From the NCBI GenBank assembly GCA_963789395.1, contig CAWBKP010000012.1, forward strand, positions 160,001 through 224,000: a stretch of DNA of 64,000 bases, given 5' to 3'. This document shows positions 10,296-20,535 of this stretch, piece after piece. Position numbers and translations under genes: made by a program. The notes beneath the pieces were generated by a model, which saw only the letters and a list, made by a program, of their open reading frames with translations, made no database searches and was not told the DNA's origin. Numbering within the stretch: the first letter of the stretch is position 1; the number at the start of each line of letters is the position of its first letter. The stretch is from an uncultured delta proteobacterium (GTDB taxonomy: Bacteria > Desulfobacterota > Desulfobacteria > Desulfobacterales > Desulfatirhabdiaceae).

Positions 10296-10565
10296 TTATT
10301 TGGATCCGCAGGTATAGGGGTAAAAATGATGAAAACAAAAACCCTGCGGATCCCCATATTGTAGTTCGGTACTGGCCATGCATTCTCCGATGGTATTTCG
10401 GGATACTTCCGGGTAATCGGGCCGCAGTTCCTCGGCTTTCTTGCATGGCATACATACGGTCTGATGATCATAGACCGATAGAATCCGCTGATCCTCCGGT
10501 TTCATCTTTCCATTGCACCTGGAACAGGTAATCGCGCATGAAATAATCTCTTCCCAATTGTCCAT
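10296..10565 (-). CDS. Small Cys/His-rich hypothetical protein, putative metal-binding
   Basis: 89 aa, RBS AAGGAG; CxxxCxxC, CxxC and CxHH motifs (8 Cys). Confidence 0.7.
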   Translation of the reverse strand: MDNWEEIISCAITCSRCNGKMKPEDQRILSVYDHQTVCMPCKKAEELRPDYPEVSRNTIGECMASTELQYGDPQGFCFHHFYPYTCGSK

Positions 10566-10663
10566 TTTGCTGTCAACTCCTTATAATTAAAAAGGTGAAA
10601 ATCAATCAACATTCGTTCTAACTAACATGAAAGCCAAACAAATTCAAATGAATATTCACCCGA

Positions 10664-11389
10664 TCACCACAGCCTCTCGGCATGGGATTTCGGCAAACCG
10701 GCATTGATAATTTTTTGGTATACCGCGGCAATGTCATAGGGAACAAAACGAACTTCAAGGGAAGGTGCCAGTGTGTCCAGAATGACATATTTGGCATTGT
10801 TGTTGCCGTCTCTGGGCTGCCCCACGCTGCCGGCGTTGACAATGTATCTGTTCTGATCGCTCAGGGACACGATTTCCTGACGAAGGCGTTTTTGAACAAC
10901 CGTCAGACCGTCATAGCTGATCAGCTTCAGGTTGTGGGTATGCCCGACAAAAACGATCCATTCAGCGCTTTTCCGCAAGGTTTGCATCATACGGCTTTCT
11001 GATACCTCATGCAGATAGATGAAAGGGGAGTTTGGCGGAAATCCGTGAACGAAACGCAGGCCGTCAATGACGCGTGAGCTCGGCAGCTCATTAATATACA
11101 AAAGCGTTTCATCGGACAGCAGGGTCCGGGTCTTTTGAATCGATTCGCGGGCCGGCGGATTGAACCATTCCTGAAGCTGCGGCTTTGCAATCGCCATTTC
11201 ATGATTGCCGGTAACACTGGGAATGGCACGCTGCTGAATCAAACGGATGGTTTCTTCAGGCTGCGGTCCGTAGCCGATCATATCTCCCAGGCAGATCACC
11301 TGGTCTACCCGGAAACGGTCCAACTCCCGAAGGACTTCCCGGAAGGCATCCAGATTCCCATGAATGTCCGAAAGCACCGCTATTTTCAT
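10664..11389 (-). CDS. Calcineurin-like metallophosphoesterase (YfcE/MJ0912-like)
   Basis: SDIHGN, GDMIGYG, GNHE, VHG, GHTH, NAGSVGQPRDG. Confidence 0.92.
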   Translation of the reverse strand: MKIAVLSDIHGNLDAFREVLRELDRFRVDQVICLGDMIGYGPQPEETIRLIQQRAIPSVTGNHEMAIAKPQLQEWFNPPARESIQKTRTLLSDETLLYINELPSSRVIDGLRFVHGFPPNSPFIYLHEVSESRMMQTLRKSAEWIVFVGHTHNLKLISYDGLTVVQKRLRQEIVSLSDQNRYIVNAGSVGQPRDGNNNAKYVILDTLAPSLEVRFVPYDIAAVYQKIINAGLPKSHAERLW

Positions 11390-11454
11390 ATAACCCCGTT
11401 TTAATCAGCAAGACCCGAGACCCATGAAAACCGATACGGATTCCCCCTCCTGAA

Positions 11455-12213
11455 TTACTGAAGCCCGTTCCAGTACCAGTATATCAGCTCTTGTCCAAAG
11501 AAAATGTGAATCATTGCACCGATTGCCAGAAACGGGCCGAACGGGATCTTCAGTTTCAGGGAGGATCGGGTATAGAGCATGACGGCGCCGCCTGCCAGCG
11601 TTCCAACGATGGATCCGGTAAAAAGGGTCACCAAAACGCCTTTCCATCCGAGAAATGCGCCGATCATGGCCAGCAGCTTGATATCACCGCCGCCCATGCC
11701 TTCTTTATGCGCGATACGTTCATAGGCCCAGGCCACCGCAAACAGGGTTCCGCCTCCCAGCAGCAGTCCCTGCAAGGACGCCTTGAACGACATTTCCGGC
11801 AGGAATAGACTGGCAATAATGCCGGCCGGAATTCCGGGAAGGGAAATGACATCCGGGATGATATAATGGTCGATATCGATAAAGGTGATCACCACCAGAA
11901 CGGCGATGAAACCATAATAAATCAGGGTCTCCGGGCTCATTCCCCACCTCAGGAATGCGCCGAGCGCAAACAGGCCGCTCAAAAGCTCGATCAGGGGGTA
12001 GCGGAGGGAAAACGGGGTTTTGCAGTTCCTGCAGCGTCCGCGAAGCAGCAGATAGCTGATGACGGGAATGTTGTCGTAAAAACGGATCGGCTGGTTGCAG
12101 TTCATGCAGGTGGACCCCGGCGATACGATGGATTTCGATGCCGGGATTCGGTAGATACACACATTCAAAAAACTGCCGATGCAAAGACCCAGTATAAAGG
12201 CGATAGCTTCCAA
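11455..12213 (-). CDS. pilD: Type IV prepilin peptidase / N-methyltransferase
   Basis: GSFLNVCIYRIP, two CxxC, FIDID, GMGGGDIKL, IPFGPFL; TTG start. Confidence 0.93.
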   Translation of the reverse strand: MEAIAFILGLCIGSFLNVCIYRIPASKSIVSPGSTCMNCNQPIRFYDNIPVISYLLLRGRCRNCKTPFSLRYPLIELLSGLFALGAFLRWGMSPETLIYYGFIAVLVVITFIDIDHYIIPDVISLPGIPAGIIASLFLPEMSFKASLQGLLLGGGTLFAVAWAYERIAHKEGMGGGDIKLLAMIGAFLGWKGVLVTLFTGSIVGTLAGGAVMLYTRSSLKLKIPFGPFLAIGAMIHIFFGQELIYWYWNGLQ

Positions 12214-12440
12214 ATTTCAATCTCTATAAAATTGTGTCTGAGTGGAAATCCTGTGACCAAAATTCTAAATCCTGATGATCAATACGGTGCGTTTTGATCT
12301 TATATTCGGATTTTGACTGGCCTGATATCTTGACCGATTCCTGCCAGAGACTTAACCGAGGAAGGCACCCGGGTCAAGATGTATTTTAAAAAAAACCAGT
12401 GAGTCGTCTTTAAGGTCGTCTATCACAGGAAGCAAAGTAT

Positions 12441-13268
12441 TCAGAATGCTTCAGCGTGTTTTTTTATATCCAGATAGGGATAAAGGGTTTTCAGATTTCG
12501 ACAGTATCGGTTGTCGGACAGATCCTGACGCAATTGATCCAAAGGGTAGGGGATACGAAAGAGGGTGAGGGTTTGCGTGCTGCTATCGAATAATACAGTG
12601 TTGGCGGCAAAGACGCCATCCCGGTATGGGCCTCCGACGCTGCCGGCCTTGACCCAGTAGCGCGAACCCGGATTCAGCGACATCGTCAAGGACTTGCCGG
12701 CTTCCGGTCTGTGAATCCGGACATCCTTCAGGGTCGGGATTCCCATTGTTTCCAGCAGTTCATATACGGCCGGAATATGGTCATGCCCGCTGACAATCAG
12801 TTTTTTGGGGAAAGATCGCCAGGATTCCAGGCAGCCGGAGAGCGCGGCCTCATCCAGATAGTTGAAATGGCTGATTGCCGGCGGGGTTCCGGGGTCCGGA
12901 AGGAGAAAGGGGCTGTGATGAACAATTGCCATTTCATCGGCTTCAATGGACAGCGGCAGGGAAAGCAGATAATCCAGCGCACCGGGAAAGTGCGATAACA
13001 GTCCTGAATTATAGGCACTGGCCTGCATGCGGTCCAACTGGTGCGGATGATCAGGAAAAAGACCGGCGACCATCAAATCGTGATTTCCGGCGACTGTCGG
13101 AATACTGAGGGAGCGCATACTGGCCAGGGTTCGGTCGCCAAAGGGAAGCCATCCAACCAGATCACCGAGGCAAAAGATGCTGTCCGGCTGGATCTGCCGG
13201 CAATGCCGGATCACGGCCTCAAGGGCAAAGGCATTGCCGTGGATGTCACCGAAAAAATATGTTTTCAT
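12441..13268 (-). CDS. Calcineurin-like metallophosphoesterase (divergent)
   Basis: GDIHGN, GDLVG, GNHD, GHDH, GSVG. Confidence 0.85.
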   Translation of the reverse strand: MKTYFFGDIHGNAFALEAVIRHCRQIQPDSIFCLGDLVGWLPFGDRTLASMRSLSIPTVAGNHDLMVAGLFPDHPHQLDRMQASAYNSGLLSHFPGALDYLLSLPLSIEADEMAIVHHSPFLLPDPGTPPAISHFNYLDEAALSGCLESWRSFPKKLIVSGHDHIPAVYELLETMGIPTLKDVRIHRPEAGKSLTMSLNPGSRYWVKAGSVGGPYRDGVFAANTVLFDSSTQTLTLFRIPYPLDQLRQDLSDNRYCRNLKTLYPYLDIKKHAEAF

Positions 13269-13295
13269 GGGCAATCCATTGTTTCTTAAAACAAC

Positions 13296-13512
13296 TCAGG
13301 TAGACAGAATTCAGAATGGCCAGCATGTGAGCTTCGGGCAAAATAGCGCTTCTTCAATTAGCGGTTTGGCAAAGATTCACCACCCATAGGCAAGATCATG
13401 GACGCGTATCATAAATCGCCTTGATTCTTCGAGGGACCTGAGGCGATATTGAAAAAACGGATTTGCTGGATTCCTCATTCTGAGACTCTGAATTCTGACT
13501 CCTGAGTCCCCG
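13296..13512. repeat. Inverted arrays of ATTCTGA/TCAGAAT-like heptamers
   Basis: CAGAAT-TCAGAAT near 13305-13317; ATTCTGA-G-ACTCTGA-ATTCTGA-CTCCTGA at 13477-13505. Confidence 0.4.
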
Positions 13513-13654
13513 AGCAGTTATGTTTTTTTGTAAAAACAGGTGTTGGGAATTGAACTTGACATTCAGATCATCATAATAGATAGATTGAATTAATTCAATT
13601 TTTTTATGTTTGCCTGTATTTTCGGACATGAACGTGTGGAGTGTTATAGTAGCC

Positions 13655-14041
13655 ATGTGGGGACATCCGCTGACAAAAATTGCTCTGGTGATGTTCGGGG
13701 GAAGCCTGGGGGCGCTGAGTCGATACGGCCTCTCGCTGCTGTCTGCTAGACTGTTTGGGATAGGCTTTCCCTGGGGTACGGCTATTGTTAATCTGGCCGG
13801 ATGTTTTTTGATCGGAGCATCGTTTGCGCTAGCCGATCGCAGCGCTTTGATGAACCCGTCCGCGCGACTTTTTTTTATAACCGGTTTTCTGGGGGCCTTG
13901 ACCACATTTTCAACTTACGGTTATGAAACATTCAGCGCAATCCATTCAGGCAGTCACTGGATTGCCGTGGGAAATGTGCTGCTGAACAATATAGCAGGGC
14001 TCGTTCTGGTATTTTTAGGCTTTCGGTTGGGCAGTATATAA
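13655..14041 (+). CDS. crcB: Fluoride efflux channel CrcB/Fluc
   Basis: GGSLGALSRY, FPWGTAIVN, TGFLGALTTFSTY; start position uncertain. Confidence 0.9.
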   Translation: MWGHPLTKIALVMFGGSLGALSRYGLSLLSARLFGIGFPWGTAIVNLAGCFLIGASFALADRSALMNPSARLFFITGFLGALTTFSTYGYETFSAIHSGSHWIAVGNVLLNNIAGLVLVFLGFRLGSI

Positions 14042-14058
14042 AAAAGGGATCGAAAACC

Positions 14059-15372
14059 ATGCTGACATATAATATCATTGAGATATTCACCAGTGAGGCC
14101 ATCCGCTGGAAAGGAAAACCCCTGTCCGACGCGATTGTTGAACTTGTTAAAGGCAAAAAAATCGCCGCCCGCTGCATGGTCACAAGAGCCATGGAAGGCT
14201 GTTATGAAAATGGGGATATTGCATCCGCAAGACTGGAAATATTGTCCATGAACATGCCGCTTCGGATCACCATCGTCCTTCCGGCTGCTCAGACCGAGAG
14301 TGTGCTGCCGCAGATCGAGGAAATGGTCTCGGATGGCATCGTTGCGGTACAGGAAATTCAGGTTCTGTCTCATAAAACCGAGAGACAATTGATTCCCAAG
14401 CACATCCGGGTCCAGGATGTCATGACGACATCTCCTTGCAAAGTTTCACTGAATACGCCGGTTGACCAGGTCGTGGAAATTCTCCTGTCTTCACATTTTA
14501 CGGGAGTTCCCGTGGTGGATGAAACTAATCATCCACAGGGCGTTATCTCTCAGGGCGATCTGATATGCCGTGCGAAAATGCCGCTACGTCTGGGCGTACT
14601 CGCATCTGCAAATGCCGAAAGAATCAAATGTGTGATGCAATGTTTATCTCAGGTTCCCGCGGAAAAAATCATGACCCGCCCGGCCATCTGCATTCGTGAA
14701 GACAAATTGTTGGCCGAAGCCGTAGACCTGATGATGAAAAAATCACTTAAGCGGCTTCCTGTGATCGATGCCGACGGAGCACTCTCAGGGATTCTGTCCC
14801 GGCAGGATATTTTTCACACCGTCGCAAGGGAGGTGCCCGACTGGAGCGCCTTCCATCATCAGAACATTCGGGTGGGAAATATGCGCTGCGTTGCGGACAT
14901 CATGCGCAGGGATATTCATACGGTTTTTCCCGAAACGCCGGTATCGGACATTATTCATATCATCGACACCGATGATGTCCAGCGGGTTGCCGTGATTGAT
15001 GCTGAGGAACGTTTTCTGGGCCTGATTTCCGACAATGACTTGTTCAGCGCTTTTTCCGAACATTCTGAAGGCCTCTGGGAATTATTTCTCCGAAGCCTTC
15101 CCTTGATGGATAAAAGAAAAAAAACCGAGTTGGCACATTCGGACAATATATCTTCTGTCATGAACAAAACCGCAAAGGATGTGATGAACACAAAATGCAT
15201 CACGGTTCTTGAAAATGCTTCCATAGATGAGGCCATCGGAATCATCGTCTCCCAGGGTATCAAGAGGCTGCCGGTTCTGGATGTCGGGGGCAGATTCAAG
15301 GGACTCATCAGCCGGGAATCCCTGATGCGAACAGGGTTTGGGTATGAAACAGATTATGAGAAACGGGGTTGA
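14059..15372 (+). CDS. DUF190 (PII-like) plus tandem CBS-domain protein
   Basis: N-terminal ~105 aa DUF190-like (IFTSE..RWKGKPL...LSMNMPLRITIV) followed by four CBS repeats; directly after crcB. Confidence 0.8.
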   Translation: MLTYNIIEIFTSEAIRWKGKPLSDAIVELVKGKKIAARCMVTRAMEGCYENGDIASARLEILSMNMPLRITIVLPAAQTESVLPQIEEMVSDGIVAVQEIQVLSHKTERQLIPKHIRVQDVMTTSPCKVSLNTPVDQVVEILLSSHFTGVPVVDETNHPQGVISQGDLICRAKMPLRLGVLASANAERIKCVMQCLSQVPAEKIMTRPAICIREDKLLAEAVDLMMKKSLKRLPVIDADGALSGILSRQDIFHTVAREVPDWSAFHHQNIRVGNMRCVADIMRRDIHTVFPETPVSDIIHIIDTDDVQRVAVIDAEERFLGLISDNDLFSAFSEHSEGLWELFLRSLPLMDKRKKTELAHSDNISSVMNKTAKDVMNTKCITVLENASIDEAIGIIVSQGIKRLPVLDVGGRFKGLISRESLMRTGFGYETDYEKRG

Positions 15373-15383
15373 GTGAAATCCTG

Positions 15384-15412
15384 TTGACTTTATCGTATAC
15401 GTTCGTTACAAA
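15384..15412 (+). promoter_or_regulatory. Candidate sigma-70 promoter for hisB
   Basis: TTGACT-17 nt-TACAAA. Confidence 0.35.
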
Positions 15413-15465
15413 TTTCGGTTGCATATGGTTTATAAACCCGTCCGACTCCTTTAAAAGGCATTATC

Positions 15466-16056
15466 ATGGAACGAATTGCATCGATTGTTCGACAAACCCT
15501 TGAAACCGATATTCAACTGATGTTGAATCTGGATGGAACCGGAAAACGGGAAATCGCAACCGGCATCGGTTTCTTCGATCACATGCTCACCCTTTTTTCA
15601 GCCCACGGTTTTTTTGATTTGTCGGTTCAGGCCAAAGGCGATCTTCACGTGGATCTGCATCATACGGTGGAAGACGTTGGTCTGGTGCTGGGAGATGCAT
15701 TCGACAAGGCGCTTGGTGACCGGAAAGGCATTCAGCGCTATGGCCATTCCGTGGTACCGATGGATGAAACATTGACGGCTGTGACCGTTGATTTGTCCAG
15801 AAGACCCTACTTGGTCTTCCAGGTTCCAGGCGCGGTTTCGGGATCTGATAAGCATTTTGATATCGGGCTTTGCAAAGAGTTTTTCAGAGCGTTTGCCGTG
15901 CGTGCGGGCATGAATCTGCATATCAATGTCCAGTATGGCGAAAACCAGCACCACATTATAGAGTCCATGTTTAAGGCTGCCGGGCGTGCCCTTGACGGGG
16001 CCGTTTCTCTGGACGGACGCATCACGGACATCCATTCCACAAAAGGCGGTTTATAA
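15466..16056 (+). CDS. hisB: Imidazoleglycerol-phosphate dehydratase
   Basis: [33 protein letters not shown]. Confidence 0.96.
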   Translation: MERIASIVRQTLETDIQLMLNLDGTGKREIATGIGFFDHMLTLFSAHGFFDLSVQAKGDLHVDLHHTVEDVGLVLGDAFDKALGDRKGIQRYGHSVVPMDETLTAVTVDLSRRPYLVFQVPGAVSGSDKHFDIGLCKEFFRAFAVRAGMNLHINVQYGENQHHIIESMFKAAGRALDGAVSLDGRITDIHSTKGGL

Positions 16057-16057
16057 T

Positions 16058-16751
16058 ATGAAAACATCCTGGAAATATGCGACACTATGCATGGGGTTTA
16101 TTCTGTTTTCGTGTGTGATCCTGGGCGCCTGTGCCGGCACCCGATCGTTTCATCCGGAAACTGAGCGGCTGGAACTGAATATCAAGAGTATTTTAATCCT
16201 TCCTTTTGTTGATGTGTCAAAGCTTTATGATTCAGATATTCAAGTAAGATGTTATCTTTGTGGTCAGGTGATGACAACCGGGTATGTGCCGGATTCCGCG
16301 GCAACGTTTATGACATCCGAGCTGATTTCGCTGATGGAGAAAGATCAGCCTTATCAGATCATTTCCTCTGAAGGATCCCAGGACATTCTTTCCGGCATGG
16401 CGTCCGATTCCGATAACGCTGCAGCGTCGCGGTTGAATCTCTATATCAATGCGGGAAAACGGGCAGGGGCGGATGCCGTGCTCATCGGCCATATTTTCCG
16501 CTTCGTCGACCGCAGGGGAAATCGCGCATCGGTCATATCCGCGGCATCTGTCGCATTCGACATTCACCTGATCGATGTCGCCAGCGGAAAAATTGTCTGG
16601 ACCGCCAATTTTGACAAGACACAGCAACCGCTCAGCGACAACCTTCTGGAGACTAGGAAATTTTATCAAACGCGGGGCAAGCTGGGTTACCGCCGAGCAA
16701 TTGGCACAGGGCGGACTCGAGGACATGATGCGGAGATTTCCCCAGCCATGA
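16058..16751 (+). CDS. Putative lipoprotein; apparent +1 frameshift near 16652 artificially fuses it to hisA
   Basis: Signal peptide with lipobox ILGAC; removing one base gives ...[37 protein letters not shown], whose stop overlaps the hisA ATG (ATGA). Confidence 0.7.
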
Positions 16752-17473
16752 TGATTATACCTGCGATTGACATAAAAAACGGCAGATGTGTCCGCCTTCT
16801 TCAGGGCCGTATGGATGCGGAAACCGTGTTTTCCAATGACCCTGCCGCCATGGCCCGGCAATGGGAATCGCAGGGCGCTGAGTTGCTGCATGTCGTTGAC
16901 CTGAACGGCGCCATTGAAAAAAGCCCTCAAAATCTGCCGTCCATTCAACGGATTGTTCAGGACATCCATATCCCGGTTCAGGTCGGGGGCGGCATCCGGG
17001 ACTTGAAAACCATTGAACAGTATTTTGATATCGGCATTTCAAGAGTGGTCATCGGAACCGAAGCCATCCGGAATCCGGAACTGGTCAGACTAGCCTGCAA
17101 AAATCACCCCGGATGCATTGTCGTCGGCATTGACGCCAGAAAGGGAAGGGTAGCCATCGAGGGCTGGACGCAAACCACCGAAATTCGGGCCATTGATCTG
17201 GCCAGGCAGTTTGAGGATTACGGAGTTGCCGCCATCAATTTTACGGATATTCACCGGGACGGCATGCAGACCGGTCCCAATATCGCGGAAACCCGCGAGC
17301 TTGCTGAAGCCGTAAGCATTCCGATTGTGGCCTCAGGCGGCGTATCCACCCTTGAAGATATCCGGAACCTGCTGCCGCTATTCAAGTCGGGCGTCATCGG
17401 CGTCATTACCGGAAAGGCGCTTTACAGCGGAACCCTGAATCTGAAAGAAGCCATAGAACTGGCGAATTCATAG
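16748..17473 (+). CDS. hisA: ProFAR isomerase
   Basis: [52 protein letters not shown]. Confidence 0.95.
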   Translation: MMIIPAIDIKNGRCVRLLQGRMDAETVFSNDPAAMARQWESQGAELLHVVDLNGAIEKSPQNLPSIQRIVQDIHIPVQVGGGIRDLKTIEQYFDIGISRVVIGTEAIRNPELVRLACKNHPGCIVVGIDARKGRVAIEGWTQTTEIRAIDLARQFEDYGVAAINFTDIHRDGMQTGPNIAETRELAEAVSIPIVASGGVSTLEDIRNLLPLFKSGVIGVITGKALYSGTLNLKEAIELANS

Positions 17474-17512
17474 TTTTTTCATGCAAACATGCTTTTGCCG
17501 CGGGCATTGTCC

Positions 17513-17815
17513 ATGAAACCGGAACAGATCTATCAGGGACTCAAGGATCTTGCAGACAAGCTTGGGATTCTTGTCTCCGAACAAAAATTATCCACGGAGC
17601 GTCTGAAGGTAAAAAGCGGACTCTGTAAAATAAAGGGGCAGTTTGTCATGATCCTGGATAAGCAGTTGTCCATCCATAAAAAAAATTCGATTCTGGCCGG
17701 CTGCCTGAGCAACATGCCGCATGACGCCATTTTTGTGATTCCTGCTGTCAGAGAATTTCTTGCCAGACACCACAAACCAGATTTACCGGAAGAGAGGGTT
17801 TCTGGAAAATCGTAA
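17513..17815 (+). CDS. Hypothetical protein
   Basis: 100-aa ORF filling the gap in the operon (SGLCKIKG...FVIPAVREFL). Confidence 0.7.
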   Translation: MKPEQIYQGLKDLADKLGILVSEQKLSTERLKVKSGLCKIKGQFVMILDKQLSIHKKNSILAGCLSNMPHDAIFVIPAVREFLARHHKPDLPEERVSGKS

Positions 17816-17944
17816 AACAGCACACTCCGGAACTATAAAATATAACAATTTATAATAAGTTTACATAATATCCATTATCAGACGTTATGATTATCGTCAA
17901 TCCCGATGCACCATTGACCCCTGGCTTCGTAAACGTTCATATAT

Positions 17945-19297
17945 ATGATTGAACAGCGGCACATCTATTCGGTTTCTGAAATCAACGACCACATCAAGGG
18001 ACTGCTTGAAAAATCCTATCCCCTGATATGGATTTCCGGCGAAATATCCAATTACCGCAGACCCGCATCCGGTCATGCATATTTTACCCTGAAAGATGCG
18101 CGCTCTCAAATTGCCGCGGTCATGTTTCGCGCTCAAATACGAAATCTGAAGTTTGATCCTGAAGACGGCCTCAGCATTGTCGGACTCGGCAGAATCAGTG
18201 TGTATGAGCCCAGGGGCACGTATCAGGTCATTCTGGAATATCTTGAACCCAAAGGCACCGGCGCCCTGCAGATCGCTTTTGAACAGCTGAAGGCAAAGCT
18301 GGCTGCCGAAGGTATTTTTGAAGAAAGCCGCAAGAAGCCCCTGCCGTTTCTGCCATCGAGAATCAGCGTGATCACATCCCCTACCGGCGCCGTGATTCAC
18401 GACATCATTCATGTGATAACCAGGCGTTTTTATGGCATATCCATTGAAATTGTTCCGGTAAAGGTACAGGGAGACGGCGCCGTTGCCGACATTGTAAAGG
18501 CATTTCAGCTTTTAAACGAGCGCAACACTTCGGATGTCATCATTCTGGCAAGGGGTGGCGGTTCTCTTGAAGATTTACAGCCGTTTAATTCCGAACAGGT
18601 TGCACGGGCGATTTTCGTCTCGCAAATTCCGGTGGTTTCGGCTGTCGGTCATGAGACGGATTTTACGATCGCCGATTTTGCTGCCGATCTTCGGGCACCG
18701 ACACCATCGGCTGCTGCCGAACTGGTTTCGCCTTCCCGGGACGAAATTCTGAGACGCTGCTCGGAACAGACGTTGAGAATCACCTCCCGGACATACCGTT
18801 ATATTGAACAACTCCAGTCCCGGCTATCGGAAAACACGCGGCGCCTGATCCATCCCCGGCAGCGGATTCAGGACTCCAGAATCCGTCTGGATGAATTATC
18901 AACCCGGATTACCCGCACCATGACCCTCCAGCTTCAGCAGCACCGCGAAAGGCTGGGCTGGCGAACCAACACATTGCTGTCGGCAAGTCCGAAGATACAC
19001 ATACAGAAATCGTATGTCATGCTTCAACAATATTATCATAACAGTACGATTTATATAAAATATATATTATCCAAACATTCAGCCGAATTTCGGCAACTGG
19101 CAGCAAGACTACAAGCCCTGAGCCCTCTGGCGATTTTATCCAGGGGGTACAGCATTACCCGATCCGTGCCCGAGGCAGCTGTTGTCCGCAATGCGAATGA
19201 TGTGCGGCTCGGGCAGGATCTGGAAATTCTACTGGGAACAGGGTCCCTGCTTTGTACGGTAAAAAGGACATTATCCGATGGCAAAACAGACATTTGA
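17945..19297 (+). CDS. xseA: Exodeoxyribonuclease VII large subunit
   Basis: GEISN..SGHAYFTLKD, RGGGSLEDL, SAVGHETD, RAPTPSAAAE, LSRGYSI. Confidence 0.96.
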   Translation: MIEQRHIYSVSEINDHIKGLLEKSYPLIWISGEISNYRRPASGHAYFTLKDARSQIAAVMFRAQIRNLKFDPEDGLSIVGLGRISVYEPRGTYQVILEYLEPKGTGALQIAFEQLKAKLAAEGIFEESRKKPLPFLPSRISVITSPTGAVIHDIIHVITRRFYGISIEIVPVKVQGDGAVADIVKAFQLLNERNTSDVIILARGGGSLEDLQPFNSEQVARAIFVSQIPVVSAVGHETDFTIADFAADLRAPTPSAAAELVSPSRDEILRRCSEQTLRITSRTYRYIEQLQSRLSENTRRLIHPRQRIQDSRIRLDELSTRITRTMTLQLQQHRERLGWRTNTLLSASPKIHIQKSYVMLQQYYHNSTIYIKYILSKHSAEFRQLAARLQALSPLAILSRGYSITRSVPEAAVVRNANDVRLGQDLEILLGTGSLLCTVKRTLSDGKTDI

Positions 19298-19514
19298 AAG
19301 CGCTATGAAGCAACTGGAGCAGATCGCTCAGGAACTGGAAGGCGGCGAACTTTCCCTGGAACTGGCCATGAAAAAATTTGAAGAGGGGATCCAGTTATCC
19401 AGATTCTGCACCAAAAAGCTGGATGAAACCGAACGGCGGATTACCATACTGCTGCAGGATTCGGATGGCGCGGTTCATGAAGCCCCTTTTGAAGAAAAAG
19501 AGAATGAAGACTGA
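19278..19514 (+). CDS. xseB: Exodeoxyribonuclease VII small subunit
   Basis: FESAMKQLEQI...LE.G.LSL...FEEG..L...C...L; follows xseA. Confidence 0.95.
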   Translation: MAKQTFESAMKQLEQIAQELEGGELSLELAMKKFEEGIQLSRFCTKKLDETERRITILLQDSDGAVHEAPFEEKENED

Positions 19515-19560
19515 TGAAGCCATATTAATTAATTCTATTGTTTAAATAAATGATATTAAC

Positions 19561-20457
19561 ATGCTTGATTTAAAGTCATATTTAACTGATAAACGCTATC
19601 AGGTCAATGCGGCGCTTCATCTGATTCTGGAAGATGCACCTCAGCCAAAGTCCCGCATCGTTGAAGCCATGCGTTACGCGCTGATGTCCGGTGGCAAGCG
19701 TCTGAGACCTGTCCTTTGCCTGGCTGCCTGTGAAACGGTTGGCGGCAATTCAGCGCTGGCATTGCCGATTGCGTGTGCCCTGGAAATGATTCATACGTAT
19801 TCTCTGATTCACGATGATCTGCCGGCAATGGATGACGACACCCTCAGACGGGGAAGGCCTACCTGTCACATTGCCTTTGATGACGCAACAGCTATTCTGG
19901 CCGGAGATGCGCTGCTGACCCTTGCCTTTGAAACCCTCTCATCTGATGAAATTCGAAAGGATATTCCCGCTGAACATCTGCTGGACATCATCACCGTAAT
20001 TTCCGTTGCCGCCGGCTACAAGGGCATGGTCGAAGGACAGATGCGGGATATGCTGTCTGAAAAGCAGGGAGAACTTTTGCTGTCGGAACTGGAAACGCTT
20101 CATTTACTGAAAACCGGAGCGCTGATAGAAGCTTCGGTTTGTTCCGGCGCGCTCACGGGAGGCGGATCGCGCAAGCAGATTGAATCCCTTAAAGTCTATG
20201 CAAAAAACATTGGACTTGCCTTTCAGGTTGCAGATGATATTCTAAATGTCGAAGGAGATCCGTTGATCATGGGAAAGGGGGCCGGTACAGACCGGCATCG
20301 ATCCAAAAGCACCTATCCGTCATTGCTGGGACTGTCCGAATCAAAGAAAACGGCGTCCGGCCTGATTGCTCATGCCATCGAGTCGCTGGCGGATTTTGAC
20401 CGTTCGGCAGATCCCCTTCGCGTCTTAGCCGCATACATCATTCATAGAAATAAATGA
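19561..20457 (+). CDS. ispA: Farnesyl/geranylgeranyl diphosphate synthase
   Basis: GGKRLRP, HTYSLIHDDLPAMDDD..RRG, KTG, FQVADDIL. Confidence 0.94.
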   Translation: MLDLKSYLTDKRYQVNAALHLILEDAPQPKSRIVEAMRYALMSGGKRLRPVLCLAACETVGGNSALALPIACALEMIHTYSLIHDDLPAMDDDTLRRGRPTCHIAFDDATAILAGDALLTLAFETLSSDEIRKDIPAEHLLDIITVISVAAGYKGMVEGQMRDMLSEKQGELLLSELETLHLLKTGALIEASVCSGALTGGGSRKQIESLKVYAKNIGLAFQVADDILNVEGDPLIMGKGAGTDRHRSKSTYPSLLGLSESKKTASGLIAHAIESLADFDRSADPLRVLAAYIIHRNK

Positions 20458-20535
20458 CGGGCGGAAAAACCAGAAAAGCCCCCCTGCCCCTTTATTGATT
20501 AGGCAGGGGGGATCATATTTAAGCAAAGGAAAAAC

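Noticed and set aside
13275..13654. Fluoride riboswitch upstream of crcB
   Set aside because: The GATGG..TCGCC / TGA.G.C..CT consensus was not found by eye
15986..17473. Apparent lipoprotein-HisA fusion (495 aa)
   Set aside because: Removing one base near 16652 gives a natural lipoprotein C-terminus whose stop overlaps the hisA start; an exported HisA is implausible, and the window has many similar insertions
19000..19080. AT-rich patch inside xseA
   Set aside because: The frame is intact and it lies in the variable helical region; no boundaries or repeats suggest an insertion
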